DNA of 64,000 bases. Source: an uncultured Actinomycetota bacterium. Its GTDB lineage: Bacteria; Actinomycetota; Aquicultoria; CAYFWW01. Shown here one piece after another: positions 40,284 through 51,252 of this stretch (position 1 is its first letter; each line of letters opens with the position of its first letter). The notes below the pieces were generated by a model. The model did no database searches. It was not told the origin of the DNA and saw only the letters and a list, made by a program, of their open reading frames with translations. The translations under genes were made by a program, and so were the position numbers. Location of the stretch: assembly GCA_964346985.1 (NCBI GenBank), contig CAYFWW010000009.1, positions 45,083-109,082 of the forward strand. Direction: 5' to 3'.

Positions 40284-42500
40284 ATGAAAAATAATAAAAA
40301 TGAACGAAGAAAACTTCATAAGATAAGGGCTGTTTTATCTTCCTTACGCGAGGGAGTAATAATTTTAGATAGAAATGAACGAATTGTTATTTTTAATGAA
40401 ATTGCAGAAAATCTTTTTAATATAAAACGACAGGATGTTATCGGTAAAAATATTTCTGATTTTGATTTCTCGCCAGACCTTTATTCTCTCATACCATTTA
40501 TAAAAGAAATAAAAAAGAAAGAAGATAAAAAATCTTGCCTGGTCAGGACTCTGAGATTTAAAGATAAAGTATATCGGGTAAACTTGGGCCGTTTTGTTGA
40601 AAATCAAAAATACTTAGGATTTTGCCTTATTATTAGCGATATATCAAAAAAGATAGTTCGGGAAGAAAAAGCAGAGGCAATTTTTTCTTCAGTCTCTGAT
40701 GGTTTGATGGTTATAGATTGCCAAGGAAAAATAATGCAAATTAATCCTCAAGCGATAGAAATGTTGAGCCTAGAGAAGCAAAAAGTAGCTGGAAATAAGA
40801 TTTCTGAGATAAAACTGGGAGAAGAACTCAAAAAAATATTAAGCAGAATAAATACAATTGATATTAGTAAACCTTTTATGCCAGAAGTAGATGAAATTGC
40901 AATAAAGAAACCGACTAAAAAGGTCCTAAAGATTTTTACTACGCCTGTTCTGGATAGAAGTCAAAATTTACTAGGATTTATTAAAACAATTCATGATATT
41001 ACAGTCCAAAGCGAAATTGACCAAATGAAAAATGAGTTCATTTCAACTGTTTCTCATGAGCTCAGAACGCCATTGACTGCAATTAAAGGATTCATCGACC
41101 TGATACTTCAAGGAGAAGCTGGCAAAATAAACAAAGATCAAAAAGAATTTTTAGAAATCGCAAAACAAAATACAGACAGATTGGTAAAACTCATTTCTGA
41201 TCTTCTAGATATTTCTAAAATTGAATCTGGTCGATTAAGAATCCGGCGAGAACCTGTATATATAGATGAATTAATAGAAAAATCTATAATGACTTTTTCA
41301 AAAGAGATTGAAAAGAAAGGTATCCAGCTTATTCTGTCTCTTGATAAACCCTTACCAATAATTAGTGGTGATTTTGACCGTCTAAGCCAGGTTTTAAACA
41401 ATCTTATAAGTAATGCTATCAAATATACCAAAGATGATGGAAAAATAGAGATCATTGCTTATCGTAGAGAAAATAAATTAATAATAGAGGTTAAAGATAA
41501 TGGAATCGGTATTTCTAAAAAAGACCAGGAGAAATTATTTGATAAATTTTTTAGAGTGGATTCTAGCCTAACTCAAGAAGTTGGAGGGGCAGGACTAGGT
41601 TTAGCAATTACTAAATCTATAATTTCAATGCATTCAGGAGAGATTTGGGTTAAAAGCAAGTTAGAAAAAGGGAGTAGTTTTTGCTTTTCACTTCCGATTA
41701 TGGCAGAGGAACTAAAACCAACTGTAACCCAAATCAAGAAAAGATTTATAAGAGAAGGGGAAAAACCTAAAATTTTAGTAGTCGACGATGAACCTGACAT
41801 TTTAAGATTATTGCAAATTCATTTATCCAAGGAAAATTATAATGTTTGTTCGGCAAAGTCAGGGGAAGAGGCTTTAAAAATGGCTAAAAAACTTAAACCA
41901 GACTTGATAACCTTGGACATACTTCTTGGTGGTATTAATGGGCTGGAAGTTTTAAGAATGTTAAAAAACGACCCCAAAACAAATAATATTCCAGTCATTT
42001 TGTTATCTGTCTATCCAAATGATGAAAGGATCGATCAACTAGGGGTAGCTAATTTTCTAACAAAACCAATAAATATAGAGAAGTTAATTCAGTCAATAGG
42101 AGAAGTAATAAATGTTAAGAAGGAAGAAGAATGCAAACTTATGTATCTGGTAGATTGCAAAGAAGATGATACTAAAAGTTTTTTAAAACTTGAAAATAAT
42201 ATTGGTGCGAATGTAAAAAATATTCAATCAAAAGACTTGTTAAAAAAAGTAGGCAAAAAGAGAAAACCATGTCTAATTGTCTGGGATATTTCTGATGATA
42301 CTCATGAAAAAATGAAAAAGATATCTAAATTAAGAAAAAGATCTGAAATAAAAGATATTCCTTTTTTATTTATTTTTGATAGAAATCTTATCCCTGGAAG
42401 TAAAGATATATTTGATTTATCAGATTTTGATAAGGGAATAAAAATGGAAAAAATTGGTGAATTAAGTAATCTGATTAACAAAACTTTAACAATAGGATGA
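40284..42500 (+). CDS. Cytoplasmic hybrid histidine kinase (2 PAS, HisKA, HATPase, REC)
   Basis: SHELRTPL, NLISNAIKY, DNGIG, GAGLGL, receiver VVDDE...LDILL...KP. Confidence 0.92.
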   Translation: MKNNKNERRKLHKIRAVLSSLREGVIILDRNERIVIFNEIAENLFNIKRQDVIGKNISDFDFSPDLYSLIPFIKEIKKKEDKKSCLVRTLRFKDKVYRVNLGRFVENQKYLGFCLIISDISKKIVREEKAEAIFSSVSDGLMVIDCQGKIMQINPQAIEMLSLEKQKVAGNKISEIKLGEELKKILSRINTIDISKPFMPEVDEIAIKKPTKKVLKIFTTPVLDRSQNLLGFIKTIHDITVQSEIDQMKNEFISTVSHELRTPLTAIKGFIDLILQGEAGKINKDQKEFLEIAKQNTDRLVKLISDLLDISKIESGRLRIRREPVYIDELIEKSIMTFSKEIEKKGIQLILSLDKPLPIISGDFDRLSQVLNNLISNAIKYTKDDGKIEIIAYRRENKLIIEVKDNGIGISKKDQEKLFDKFFRVDSSLTQEVGGAGLGLAITKSIISMHSGEIWVKSKLEKGSSFCFSLPIMAEELKPTVTQIKKRFIREGEKPKILVVDDEPDILRLLQIHLSKENYNVCSAKSGEEALKMAKKLKPDLITLDILLGGINGLEVLRMLKNDPKTNNIPVILLSVYPNDERIDQLGVANFLTKPINIEKLIQSIGEVINVKKEEECKLMYLVDCKEDDTKSFLKLENNIGANVKNIQSKDLLKKVGKKRKPCLIVWDISDDTHEKMKKISKLRKRSEIKDIPFLFIFDRNLIPGSKDIFDLSDFDKGIKMEKIGELSNLINKTLTIG

Positions 42501-42504
42501 ATTA

Positions 42505-42882
42505 ATGAAGGGTAAAAAGATAATAATTGCAGATGATGAGCCAGATATTATTAGGCTTATTAAATATTTTCTCACAAAGAAAGGTTTTGAAGTTTTAGAT
42601 TTTTCTTCAGGTATCGGATTGCTGGACTCGATTATTAGAGAAAAACCAGATTTGGTAATTCTTGATGTCATAATGCCAGGTGAAAACGGGATAGATTTAT
42701 GTAAAAAGATTAAAGATAGTAACCAACTAAAAAATATTCCAGTGATTATTTTATCTGCAAAGACTCAGAAATTTGAAGTAGAGGGAGGTTTAGGTGCGGG
42801 AGCTGATGAATATCTGATAAAACCTTTTAATACAAATGAACTTTTAGAAGTAGTTGAAAAGACAATAAAAAGTGATAAATAA
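42505..42882 (+). CDS. Single-domain response regulator
   Basis: IADDE, LDVIMP, KPF. Confidence 0.92.
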   Translation: MKGKKIIIADDEPDIIRLIKYFLTKKGFEVLDFSSGIGLLDSIIREKPDLVILDVIMPGENGIDLCKKIKDSNQLKNIPVIILSAKTQKFEVEGGLGAGADEYLIKPFNTNELLEVVEKTIKSDK

Positions 42883-42899
42883 ATAGAAGGAGGCAAAAT

Positions 42900-43358
42900 A
42901 TGTCAAATAAGAAGGTCTTAATTGTTGATGATGCTCTTTCCATAGTAAAGATTCTAGAAGTCAAATTTAAAAATAAAGGATGGGATGTTAAAACAGCAAA
43001 TGATGGCCAGCAGGCTCTTGAAGTATTAAAGGATTTTACGCCTGATATAATATTTCTTGATATTATGATGCCTAAAATGGATGGATATCAGTTGAGTGAA
43101 AAATTAAAAAATGATTCAGTATTTAAAGATATACCACTGATTTTAGTTACTGGCGTGGGGCAATACGAGGAGCAACTGAAAGGCCTTGACAGCGGTGTGG
43201 ATGAATATATAACTAAACCATTTGATCCAGAAGATGTTTATAAAATTGCTGTTGACTTCACAGACGATAAGAAAAAAGATAAATTATTGGATATTAAATC
43301 AAAAAAAGAAGCCCGGCTAAGAACTATTATTGATATAATGCATAGGGAAAAGAATTAA
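42900..43358 (+). CDS. Response regulator receiver with short C-terminal extension
   Basis: VDDA, LDIMMP, TKPF. Confidence 0.9.
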   Translation: MSNKKVLIVDDALSIVKILEVKFKNKGWDVKTANDGQQALEVLKDFTPDIIFLDIMMPKMDGYQLSEKLKNDSVFKDIPLILVTGVGQYEEQLKGLDSGVDEYITKPFDPEDVYKIAVDFTDDKKKDKLLDIKSKKEARLRTIIDIMHREKN

Positions 43359-43373
43359 ATAAATTTATTTAAA

Positions 43374-43673
43374 ATGACCGATGTTAGACTTTACTTTAAT
43401 CAAGAATGTTACGGATTGAAAAATTGCCTCCATTGCCAAAATATTATAGCCTTTGCATTAAACTTCCTAGATATTCGAAAAAACGAAAAAAATAAATCCA
43501 AGGACATAAAAAAGTTTAAAAAATTCATTATAGAGACTATCTGCCGTGAAAATTTTTTTTGTGAAAACGCTCTTCCTTTTAAGGAGATTAACAATTATCT
43601 TGATAAATTAATTTCAAATAAAGAAAAACTCCCAATCATTGATTATGAACTAGGGCCTAATAACAAAACCTAA
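43374..43673 (+). CDS. Cys-rich hypothetical protein
   Basis: C-x5-CxxC and C-x5-C; 99 aa, directly after the receivers. Confidence 0.55.
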   Translation: MTDVRLYFNQECYGLKNCLHCQNIIAFALNFLDIRKNEKNKSKDIKKFKKFIIETICRENFFCENALPFKEINNYLDKLISNKEKLPIIDYELGPNNKT

Positions 43674-43804
43674 TATTTTATAATAAAAATTAAATTAAAA
43701 TGAAAAGTTTTTTAAATTTCAAATAACGATAATAGCTTAAAAATAGCCTCAAATCATCTAACCTGTTAAAATATTTATTCTAGTAATTGTAGGAGTGATT
43801 TTTT

Positions 43805-45616
43805 CTGAGCAAAATTGAGAAGAAATTATTATTGACTGGAAATGAAGCGATTGCTCTCGGAGCTTTTGAAGCCGGAGCAGCACTTGGAGCTGCATATCCG
43901 GGTACGCCAAGTACTGAGATCATGGAAAACTTTAGTAAATTTGAAGGAGTTTATGCAGAATGGTCGCCAAACGAAAAGGTGGCCCTTGAAGTTGCCATAG
44001 GTGCTGCTATAGGTGGGAAGAGAGCATTTGCCGCAATGAAGCATGTCGGGCTTAACGTGGCTGCTGATCCACTTTTTACCTCCGTATATACTGGTATTGA
44101 AGCTGGTTTGGTAATAGTTACTGCTGATGATCCGGGAATGTATAGTTCTCAAAACGAACAGGATAATAGATATTATGCTCTAAGTTCAAAGGCGATAATG
44201 CTGGAACCATCTGACAGCCAAGAATCTAAAGACTTCACAAAGTTAGCTTTTTCCATAAGTGAAAATTTAGACTTGCCAGTTATTTTAAGAACTACAACCA
44301 GAATTTCACATTCCCGGAGCTTGGTAGAGAAGGGAAAAATTAATGAGAAAAAATATGAAGATACTTATCAAAAGAAATCCTCAAAGTATGTAATGATTCC
44401 GGCCAATGCCAGGTTAAGACATCAAGATTTGTTAAAAAGATTAGCAAAAGCTGTTTCCTTTTCTGAAAAAACGGAATTAAACTATATAGAAGAAGAATCA
44501 AATGAACTCGGAATTATAACTAGCGGTATAAGTTATCAATATGTAAAAGAAATATTTCCGGATGTTTCGATTCTAAAATTAGGCTTAACCCACCCGCTCC
44601 CTCGAGACCTAATTGAAAGGTTTTGCCAAACATGTAATGAAATCTGGGTAATTGAGGAACTTGAACCTTATCTGGAGTTTCAAATAAGAGCAATGGGAAT
44701 AGATTTAATAGGAAAAGATATTATCAGGCAGACTGGAGAATTATCCCCAGATATTATCTACAAAGATCTTGGAAATAATGAAAAAAGCAAGAGATTGGTT
44801 GAGAAATACGCTATTCCAGAGATTAAAGATAAAGAGGGCTTATCAATTGATTCTACTGACATAAAAATAAGGCCTCCTAATCTTTGCCCCGGATGTCCGC
44901 ATCGGGGAGTTTTCTATGTTTTAAAGAAATTGAATCCAATTATTACTGGTGATATTGGATGTTATACATTGTCAGTATTACCTCCTTTAGAGGCAATGGA
45001 TACATGTATTTGTATGGGAGCAGGTGTTTCTGCTGCTCATGGAATAGAGAAGTCTGGTTCATCTGGAGGTAAAAAAGTGGTTGCCGTGATTGGTGATTCA
45101 ACTTTTATTCATTCTGGAATAACTCCTTTGATTGATATTTACTACAATAAGGGGACTTCTTTGGTGATAGTGCTTGATAACAGGACTACTGCTATGACCG
45201 GGCGTCAAGATCATCCGGGTACCGGGGTAACCCTGCAAGGCGAAATTGTAGAAGCTCTTGATTTTGCTAAGATTGCTAAAGCTATTGGAATCGAAATAGT
45301 TGAATTTATAGATCCATATAATCTGGAAGAAACCGAAAATACTATCTCTAGATGCTTGAAACAAGATAGTCCATCACTATTAATTACAAATAGGCCTTGT
45401 ATATTGATTGAGAAAACAAAAGAGAGTAATTATATTATTTTGGATGAAAAATGCAATAACTGTAATAGGTGTCTTAGGCTTGGATGCCCGGCTATTTCAA
45501 GTGAAGATGATGAGATTGTAATAGATAAATCATTATGTACATCTTGTGATCTCTGCCTTCAGTTGTGTAATTTTGAAGCAATTGTCGAAGAGGATATGAA
45601 AAATGAAAGAAAATAA
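43805..45616 (+). CDS. iorA: Indolepyruvate:ferredoxin oxidoreductase alpha subunit
   Basis: GNEAIA, YPGTPSTE, MKHVGLNVA, CPGCPH, GDIGCY, two C-terminal Fe-S motifs; SD AGGAG fits CTG 43805 (TTG 43832 alternative). Confidence 0.93.
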   Translation: MSKIEKKLLLTGNEAIALGAFEAGAALGAAYPGTPSTEIMENFSKFEGVYAEWSPNEKVALEVAIGAAIGGKRAFAAMKHVGLNVAADPLFTSVYTGIEAGLVIVTADDPGMYSSQNEQDNRYYALSSKAIMLEPSDSQESKDFTKLAFSISENLDLPVILRTTTRISHSRSLVEKGKINEKKYEDTYQKKSSKYVMIPANARLRHQDLLKRLAKAVSFSEKTELNYIEEESNELGIITSGISYQYVKEIFPDVSILKLGLTHPLPRDLIERFCQTCNEIWVIEELEPYLEFQIRAMGIDLIGKDIIRQTGELSPDIIYKDLGNNEKSKRLVEKYAIPEIKDKEGLSIDSTDIKIRPPNLCPGCPHRGVFYVLKKLNPIITGDIGCYTLSVLPPLEAMDTCICMGAGVSAAHGIEKSGSSGGKKVVAVIGDSTFIHSGITPLIDIYYNKGTSLVIVLDNRTTAMTGRQDHPGTGVTLQGEIVEALDFAKIAKAIGIEIVEFIDPYNLEETENTISRCLKQDSPSLLITNRPCILIEKTKESNYIILDEKCNNCNRCLRLGCPAISSEDDEIVIDKSLCTSCDLCLQLCNFEAIVEEDMKNERK

Positions 45617-46181
45617 GAACATATTAATCGTCGGGGTAGGGGGTCAAGGAATTTTAACCGCCTCAAGAGTAATTGCTAATCTGGTGATTTCTAAAGGTTT
45701 TGATGTAAAGACCACTGAAATTCATGGTATGTCCCAACGAGGAGGAAGTGTTTATACTATGATTCGCTATGGTCAAAAAGTATATTCTCCGGTTATTGCT
45801 AAGAAAAATTGTGATTTTCTTATTTCTTTTGAATTAATGGAGACATTTCGTTGGCTTGATTATTGCCATAAAGATAGTTTGATAATTATAAATGAAGATA
45901 AAATACCAACTCCTGATATTTTGCAAGGTAAAGGCAAATATCCAGTGGGTTTGTTAAAGAAAATGAAGAGTAATATAATAGATACAATTTCGATAGAGGC
46001 TGGGAAATATTTAGAAAAAGTTGGTTCCAAGCGTAGCTTGAATATGCTTATAATGGGTATTTTTGCAAAAAATAGTGATTTTGGAATTAAAGATTGGGAG
46101 AAAGCAATAAAAGAAAATACACCAAAAAAATATTTAGATTTAAATTTAATGGCTTTTAAAATGGGTTATGAATATAAATAA
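45603..46181 (+). CDS. iorB: Indolepyruvate:ferredoxin oxidoreductase beta subunit
   Basis: GVGGQG, EIHGMSQRGGSV. Confidence 0.92.
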   Translation: MKENKNILIVGVGGQGILTASRVIANLVISKGFDVKTTEIHGMSQRGGSVYTMIRYGQKVYSPVIAKKNCDFLISFELMETFRWLDYCHKDSLIIINEDKIPTPDILQGKGKYPVGLLKKMKSNIIDTISIEAGKYLEKVGSKRSLNMLIMGIFAKNSDFGIKDWEKAIKENTPKKYLDLNLMAFKMGYEYK

Positions 46182-46196
46182 AATCAGATATAAAAC

Positions 46197-46613
46197 ATGA
46201 AAGTACATCAACTTTCTATTTTTATAGAAAATAAAACTGGAAGATTAGAAGAAATTACTAAATTATTAGGAGTAAATAATATAAATATACTCGGTTTTTC
46301 GGTAGCTGATACAGCTGACTATGGAATATTCCGTATAATAGTACCTGATCCAAAAAAAACAAAGGAGGTGATCAAGAGCAAGGGCTTTACTGTTATTGAT
46401 AATGAAGTAATTTGTCTGAAAGCAGAAAATAGCCCAGGAGAGCTAGCTAAAATTATTAGCATATTTTCAAATAAAAATATAAATATTGAATATATGTATG
46501 GAATAATTAACTCTCTAATTATATTTAAAGTGGATCGAATGGAAGAGGCAATTAAGCTTCTGAAGATGGAGAAGTTAAAAATAGTCAGTCAAGAAGAAAT
46601 TGAGACAATATAA
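46197..46613 (+). CDS. ACT-domain protein
   Basis: QLSIFIENKTGRL, ADTADYGIFR, NIEYMY; paralog of 25529-25960. Confidence 0.9.
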   Translation: MKVHQLSIFIENKTGRLEEITKLLGVNNINILGFSVADTADYGIFRIIVPDPKKTKEVIKSKGFTVIDNEVICLKAENSPGELAKIISIFSNKNINIEYMYGIINSLIIFKVDRMEEAIKLLKMEKLKIVSQEEIETI

Positions 46614-46634
46614 TTTAAGCTGAAAGGAGTCTCT

Positions 46635-47828
46635 ATGACAAGAAAGATATTAATCTTAATATTAGCTCTAGTGTTAGTATTTGCTATTGTCATTGCTGGT
46701 TGTCAACAAAAAGATGAAGAGGAAGAAGAAACAAAAACAGAGGTTAAAGAGCCAATTAAAATAGGTGCTATTGTATCAGAAACAGGGCCTTATGCCGCTT
46801 TGGGAACACCGGAAAAGAAAGTTCTTCAAATGGAAGTGGACAGAATAAATAAAGAAGGCGGAGTTGATGGCCGTGATATAGAGGTTATTATTGAAGACGA
46901 TGGAACTGATGAAGCAAAAACAGTAGCTGCAGCAACAAAACTTATCGAAAAAGATAAGGTAATTGCCTTGATTGGTGCAACAGGGACTGGCCAGACAATG
47001 GCCATTGTAGATAAAGTAGCAAAGGCTGAAATCCCATTAGTATCAATGGCTGGCGGTAATGCAATAACTAACCCCACAAAGAAATGGGTATTTTCAACGC
47101 CACCTTCGAATTATATCGTTGTACCCTATGCCCTTGATTATCTTAAAAGCCAAGGATTCAAAAGAATTGGTTTAATTACTGACTCAGGTGGTTTTGGTAA
47201 GGATGGCAAGGAAGTTATCGAGACTGAAGTCGGCAATTATGGTTTAGAAATAGTAGCAGATGAAACATATAATCCCACAGATGTCGATATGAAAGCACAA
47301 TTGACAAAGATTAAGGGAACAGACGCTGAAGTCATATTAGCTTGGACAGCAGGAAAAGGCGCTTCAATAATCGCCAAAAATACAAAAGAATTGGAGATTG
47401 ATATACCTTTAGTAATTAGTCATGGAATTGGTATGGAGGCATTTATTGGAGGCGCTGCTGACGCTGCTAATGGAGTTATTTTCCCGATCGGAGGTAGGCT
47501 GCTAATACCCGACAGCTTTCCTGAAGATAATGAACAAAAAGAAGTTACTCAGCAATTCGTAAATGATTATAAAGAAAAATACGATGAATCTCAGTCCACT
47601 TTTGGTGGTCACGCATATGATGCTCTAAATATTATAATCAATTCCTTAAAGAGAATTGATAGCGATAATCCCTCAGAATTAAGAGATGAAATTGAAAAAA
47701 CTACGAACTTTGCTGGAACAGCAGGTCTTTTTAGTTATACTGAAGACGATCATATGGGCCTAAGTGAAGATGACCTCAATCTGATTGAAATCCAGGATGG
47801 TAAATGGGTATCTGCTGAAAGTAAATAA
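46635..47828 (+). CDS. Liv-type ABC transporter substrate-binding lipoprotein
   Basis: Lipobox IAGC, IKIGAI, INKEGGVDGR. Confidence 0.9.
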   Translation: MTRKILILILALVLVFAIVIAGCQQKDEEEEETKTEVKEPIKIGAIVSETGPYAALGTPEKKVLQMEVDRINKEGGVDGRDIEVIIEDDGTDEAKTVAAATKLIEKDKVIALIGATGTGQTMAIVDKVAKAEIPLVSMAGGNAITNPTKKWVFSTPPSNYIVVPYALDYLKSQGFKRIGLITDSGGFGKDGKEVIETEVGNYGLEIVADETYNPTDVDMKAQLTKIKGTDAEVILAWTAGKGASIIAKNTKELEIDIPLVISHGIGMEAFIGGAADAANGVIFPIGGRLLIPDSFPEDNEQKEVTQQFVNDYKEKYDESQSTFGGHAYDALNIIINSLKRIDSDNPSELRDEIEKTTNFAGTAGLFSYTEDDHMGLSEDDLNLIEIQDGKWVSAESK

Positions 47829-47836
47829 TTATTCAA

Positions 47837-47872
47837 AAGCTGCCCTGGTTATAATAGTAATCAGGGCAGCTT
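47837..47872 (+). terminator. Stem-loop after the substrate-binding protein gene (terminator or mRNA stabiliser)
   Basis: AAGCTGCCCTG...CAGGGCAGCTT 11-bp inverted repeat. Confidence 0.7.
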
Positions 47873-47901
47873 AACTCTATTTAACTTTACAATAATGATA
47901 A

Positions 47902-48783
47902 ATGCAATTAGAACAATTATTACAGTTTTTAATCAGTGGAATAACTGCAGGTAGCATCTATGCGCTTACTGCTTTAGGCTTCACAATAATCTATAACTCA
48001 ACCAATATAATAAATTTCGCCCAGGGCGAATTTTTTATGCTGGGTGGAATGTTTGCCTATTATTTTAATAGAATTATCGGTTTAAGTTTATTTACTTCGG
48101 TAATTTTAGCCATATTTGTTGTTGTATTAATTGGTATTGTATTTGAGCGCTTGGCAATTTACCCTCAACGCAAAGCCTCTGTTTTGACGTTGATAATAAT
48201 AACAATTGGTGGTTCAATTTTATTAAAAAGTTTTGCTCTTCATTTTTTCGGAGAAAATCCAGTCGGTATCCCACCTTTTTTAAAAAATGAACCAATTAAA
48301 ATTTTTGGGGCGACTATTTTGCCACAGGAAATATTAGTTTTTACGGTAACAGTATTTGTCTTTGTTATACTCCAAGTTTTTTACAAGTATTTAATGGTCG
48401 GCAGGGCGATGAGGGCTTGTGCAGATAATAGGCTGGCAGCGCAATTAATGGGAATTAACTTAAATACGCTTGTCATGATTTCATTTGCCTTAAGTGCGGG
48501 TTTAGGAGCAATTGGCGGAGTTATAATTACCCCAATTTCTTTAACTCAGTTTGATATTGGAGGAATGCTAGGATTAAAAGGTTTTGCAGCTGCAATCTTA
48601 GGTGGACTTGGAAATCCGATGGGAGCTTTTATTGGAGGAATTATTCTTGGTGCCTTAGAGTCAGTTTCTATCGGCTTTATTGATGCAGGATACAAAGATG
48701 CTATAGCTTTAGTCATTCTCCTTTTTGTTTTATTTATAAAACCGACTGGAATTTTAGGTAGTAGCATAAAGGAAAAAATATAA
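47902..48783 (+). CDS. livH: Liv-type ABC permease (LivH-like)
   Basis: GSIYAL.ALG, INFAQGE, GRAMRA, AAILGGLG. Confidence 0.88.
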   Translation: MQLEQLLQFLISGITAGSIYALTALGFTIIYNSTNIINFAQGEFFMLGGMFAYYFNRIIGLSLFTSVILAIFVVVLIGIVFERLAIYPQRKASVLTLIIITIGGSILLKSFALHFFGENPVGIPPFLKNEPIKIFGATILPQEILVFTVTVFVFVILQVFYKYLMVGRAMRACADNRLAAQLMGINLNTLVMISFALSAGLGAIGGVIITPISLTQFDIGGMLGLKGFAAAILGGLGNPMGAFIGGIILGALESVSIGFIDAGYKDAIALVILLFVLFIKPTGILGSSIKEKI

Positions 48784-49760
48784 TGATAAAAAGGTTTAAT
48801 ATAAAAATACAGCAAATATTTATTTTTACATTTTTATTAGTTGTTATTTTATTTCCTTTGATTATTCAAGATAATTACAGTTTAAATATTATGATTTTTG
48901 TCGGAATTAACGCCATAATTGTTATGGGACTAGGTTTACTTCTGGGATATGCTGGCCAAATCTCTCTTGGGCATGCTGCATTTTATGGGCTAGGTGCATA
49001 TATTTCAGGCTATATAACAATTAATTTTAACTTACCTGTGTGGATTTCTATTCCGTTGGCAATGACTATTACTGGCATTTTGGCTTATTTAATAGCTTTA
49101 CCAACAATTCGTTTAAAAGGTCACTATTTGGCAATGGCTACCCTTGGTTTTGGCGAGATTATGAGTGTTTTATTTGTAGAGCTTGATGAATTCACAGGAG
49201 GAACAAGCGGAATGGTAAATATACCGACTCCTGAAATATTTGGTTTTGTATTTGACACTTATCAAAAATATTATTATTTAGTCTGGGCTATGGTTCTTAT
49301 TATCATTTATATATCGTTTAATTTGATCAAGTCCCGTCTTGGAAGAGCCTTGTTGTCGATTCATGGAAACGAGGTGGCTGCCGAAGGTAGCGGAGTCAAT
49401 ACATTTAAGTATAAAGTACAGATTTTTGTTCTAAGCGCTGTTTATGCTGCTTTAGCCGGAGGGCTATATGCACATTTTGTTAACTTTATAAGTCCGACTA
49501 ATTTTTCATTATTATTGTCAATAACATTGGTAGTAATGGTAATTGTGGGCAGTATGAGTAATCTCTGGGGCGCTTTTTTAGGTGCCTTGTTGTTGACTGC
49601 CTTACCCGAGTATATGAGAGTTTTTCAAGAATATAATCTCTTGATTTTCTCAATATTACTAATATTGACCATGCTTTTTATGCCCAATGGATTATATTCA
49701 GCAACTGAGAATATTTTTAAAAATATTAAATATAAATTAAAGGGAGCATTTGAAAAGTAA
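48783..49760 (+). CDS. livM: Liv-type ABC permease (LivM-like)
   Basis: GYAGQISLGHAAF, RLKGHYLAMATL. Confidence 0.88.
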   Translation: MIKRFNIKIQQIFIFTFLLVVILFPLIIQDNYSLNIMIFVGINAIIVMGLGLLLGYAGQISLGHAAFYGLGAYISGYITINFNLPVWISIPLAMTITGILAYLIALPTIRLKGHYLAMATLGFGEIMSVLFVELDEFTGGTSGMVNIPTPEIFGFVFDTYQKYYYLVWAMVLIIIYISFNLIKSRLGRALLSIHGNEVAAEGSGVNTFKYKVQIFVLSAVYAALAGGLYAHFVNFISPTNFSLLLSITLVVMVIVGSMSNLWGAFLGALLLTALPEYMRVFQEYNLLIFSILLILTMLFMPNGLYSATENIFKNIKYKLKGAFEK

Positions 49761-50521
49761 TGGTCTTAATTGAAGCTATAAATTTGACTAAAGAATTTGA
49801 AGGCTTGACAGCCGTAAAAAATATAGATTTTAAAGTACATGAAGGACAAATAAAAGCCTTAATAGGACCGAATGGGGCAGGGAAAACAACTATATTTAAT
49901 CTACTTACAGGTTTTGAAGTCCCTACTAATGGCCTGATTAATTATAAAGGGAAAAGAATAAGTAGGTTTAAACCTTATCAAGTTGCCAAAATGGGTATTG
50001 GAAGGACGTTTCAGAATACAAAGTTATTTGAAAATTTATCTGTTTTATCGAATGTCAAGATCGGTTGTCACTTGAAGGGAAAAGTAGAAATATTGAGAGC
50101 GTTGACTCATTTTCCACCAATTTCAGAAGAAGAAAAATTTTTGCAAAGTGAAGCCGAACATTATATTAATGTTGTCGGACTTGAAGATAAAATAAATAAT
50201 AATGCAGGGGATTTGCCGCAAGGAGAAAGACATCTACTGGAAATTGCAAGAGCGCTAGCCTCAGGTCCTGAAATTTTGTTGTTAGATGAACCAGCTGCGG
50301 GATTGAATAATTATGAGACAGAACGTTTAGCGGAGACAATATATAAGATCAGGGACTTAGGTATTACAATCTTTCTAGTCGAGCATGACATGGGATTAGT
50401 TATGGAGGTATCCGATGAAGTAATTGTTTTAAACCATGGTAAGAAATTAGCTGAAGGGCCTCCACTATTGATTCAAAAGAACGAAGAAGTTATCGATGCT
50501 TATTTGGGAGAGAAAATATAA
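49760..50521 (+). CDS. livG: Liv-type ABC ATPase (LivG-like)
   Basis: GPNGAGKTT, RTFQN, LDEPAAG, VEHDM. Confidence 0.88.
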   Translation: MVLIEAINLTKEFEGLTAVKNIDFKVHEGQIKALIGPNGAGKTTIFNLLTGFEVPTNGLINYKGKRISRFKPYQVAKMGIGRTFQNTKLFENLSVLSNVKIGCHLKGKVEILRALTHFPPISEEEKFLQSEAEHYINVVGLEDKINNNAGDLPQGERHLLEIARALASGPEILLLDEPAAGLNNYETERLAETIYKIRDLGITIFLVEHDMGLVMEVSDEVIVLNHGKKLAEGPPLLIQKNEEVIDAYLGEKI

Positions 50522-51252
50522 TGCTTGAACTTAAAAATGTTTCAACATATTACGGGCATGTTCAGGCATTGAAGAATATTTCATTTTATGTTGACCAAGG
50601 TGAAATTGTAACCATAATAGGTTCTAATGGTGCAGGGAAAAGTACTACTTTGAGAACAATATCAGGCTTAATGTCTCCTCAAAGTGGAGAAATAAAGTGG
50701 GAGGGTAAAAGAATTGACAAAATGAGTCCTGAAAATATTGTAAAAAAAGGCATTAGTCATGTACCCGAAGGAAGACAGCTATTTGGTTCGATGACTGTCT
50801 TAGAGAATTTACAATTGGGTTCATATAAGTCATCAGCCAAAAAAACGGAAGTTAACAATGAATTTGACAAGATAATGGAATTATTTCCATGGATGAAAGA
50901 GCGCCTTCATCAACGTTCCAATACTCTAAGTGGGGGAGAACAGCAGATGTTAGCTATAGGTAGAGCATTAATGTCTATGCCAAGTTTATTGCTTTTAGAT
51001 GAACCATCAATGGGCCTAGCACCAAAAATTATTCGTGATATTTTTGTTATTATAAAGGAACTAAATAATAATAATTTGACCATATTGCTGATTGAACAAG
51101 ATGCGCAAATAGCGTTGAGTATTGCCAATCGTGGATATGTAATGCAAACAGGTTCAATAGTCCTTGAAGGCAAAGGATCAGAACTTTTGGATAATGATGA
51201 TGTCAAATCAATATATCTTGGTAATTGGAAAAAAAGAAAGGATATGCAATGA
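50521..51252 (+). CDS. livF: Liv-type ABC ATPase (LivF-like)
   Basis: [39 protein letters not shown]. Confidence 0.9.
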   Translation: MLELKNVSTYYGHVQALKNISFYVDQGEIVTIIGSNGAGKSTTLRTISGLMSPQSGEIKWEGKRIDKMSPENIVKKGISHVPEGRQLFGSMTVLENLQLGSYKSSAKKTEVNNEFDKIMELFPWMKERLHQRSNTLSGGEQQMLAIGRALMSMPSLLLLDEPSMGLAPKIIRDIFVIIKELNNNNLTILLIEQDAQIALSIANRGYVMQTGSIVLEGKGSELLDNDDVKSIYLGNWKKRKDMQ

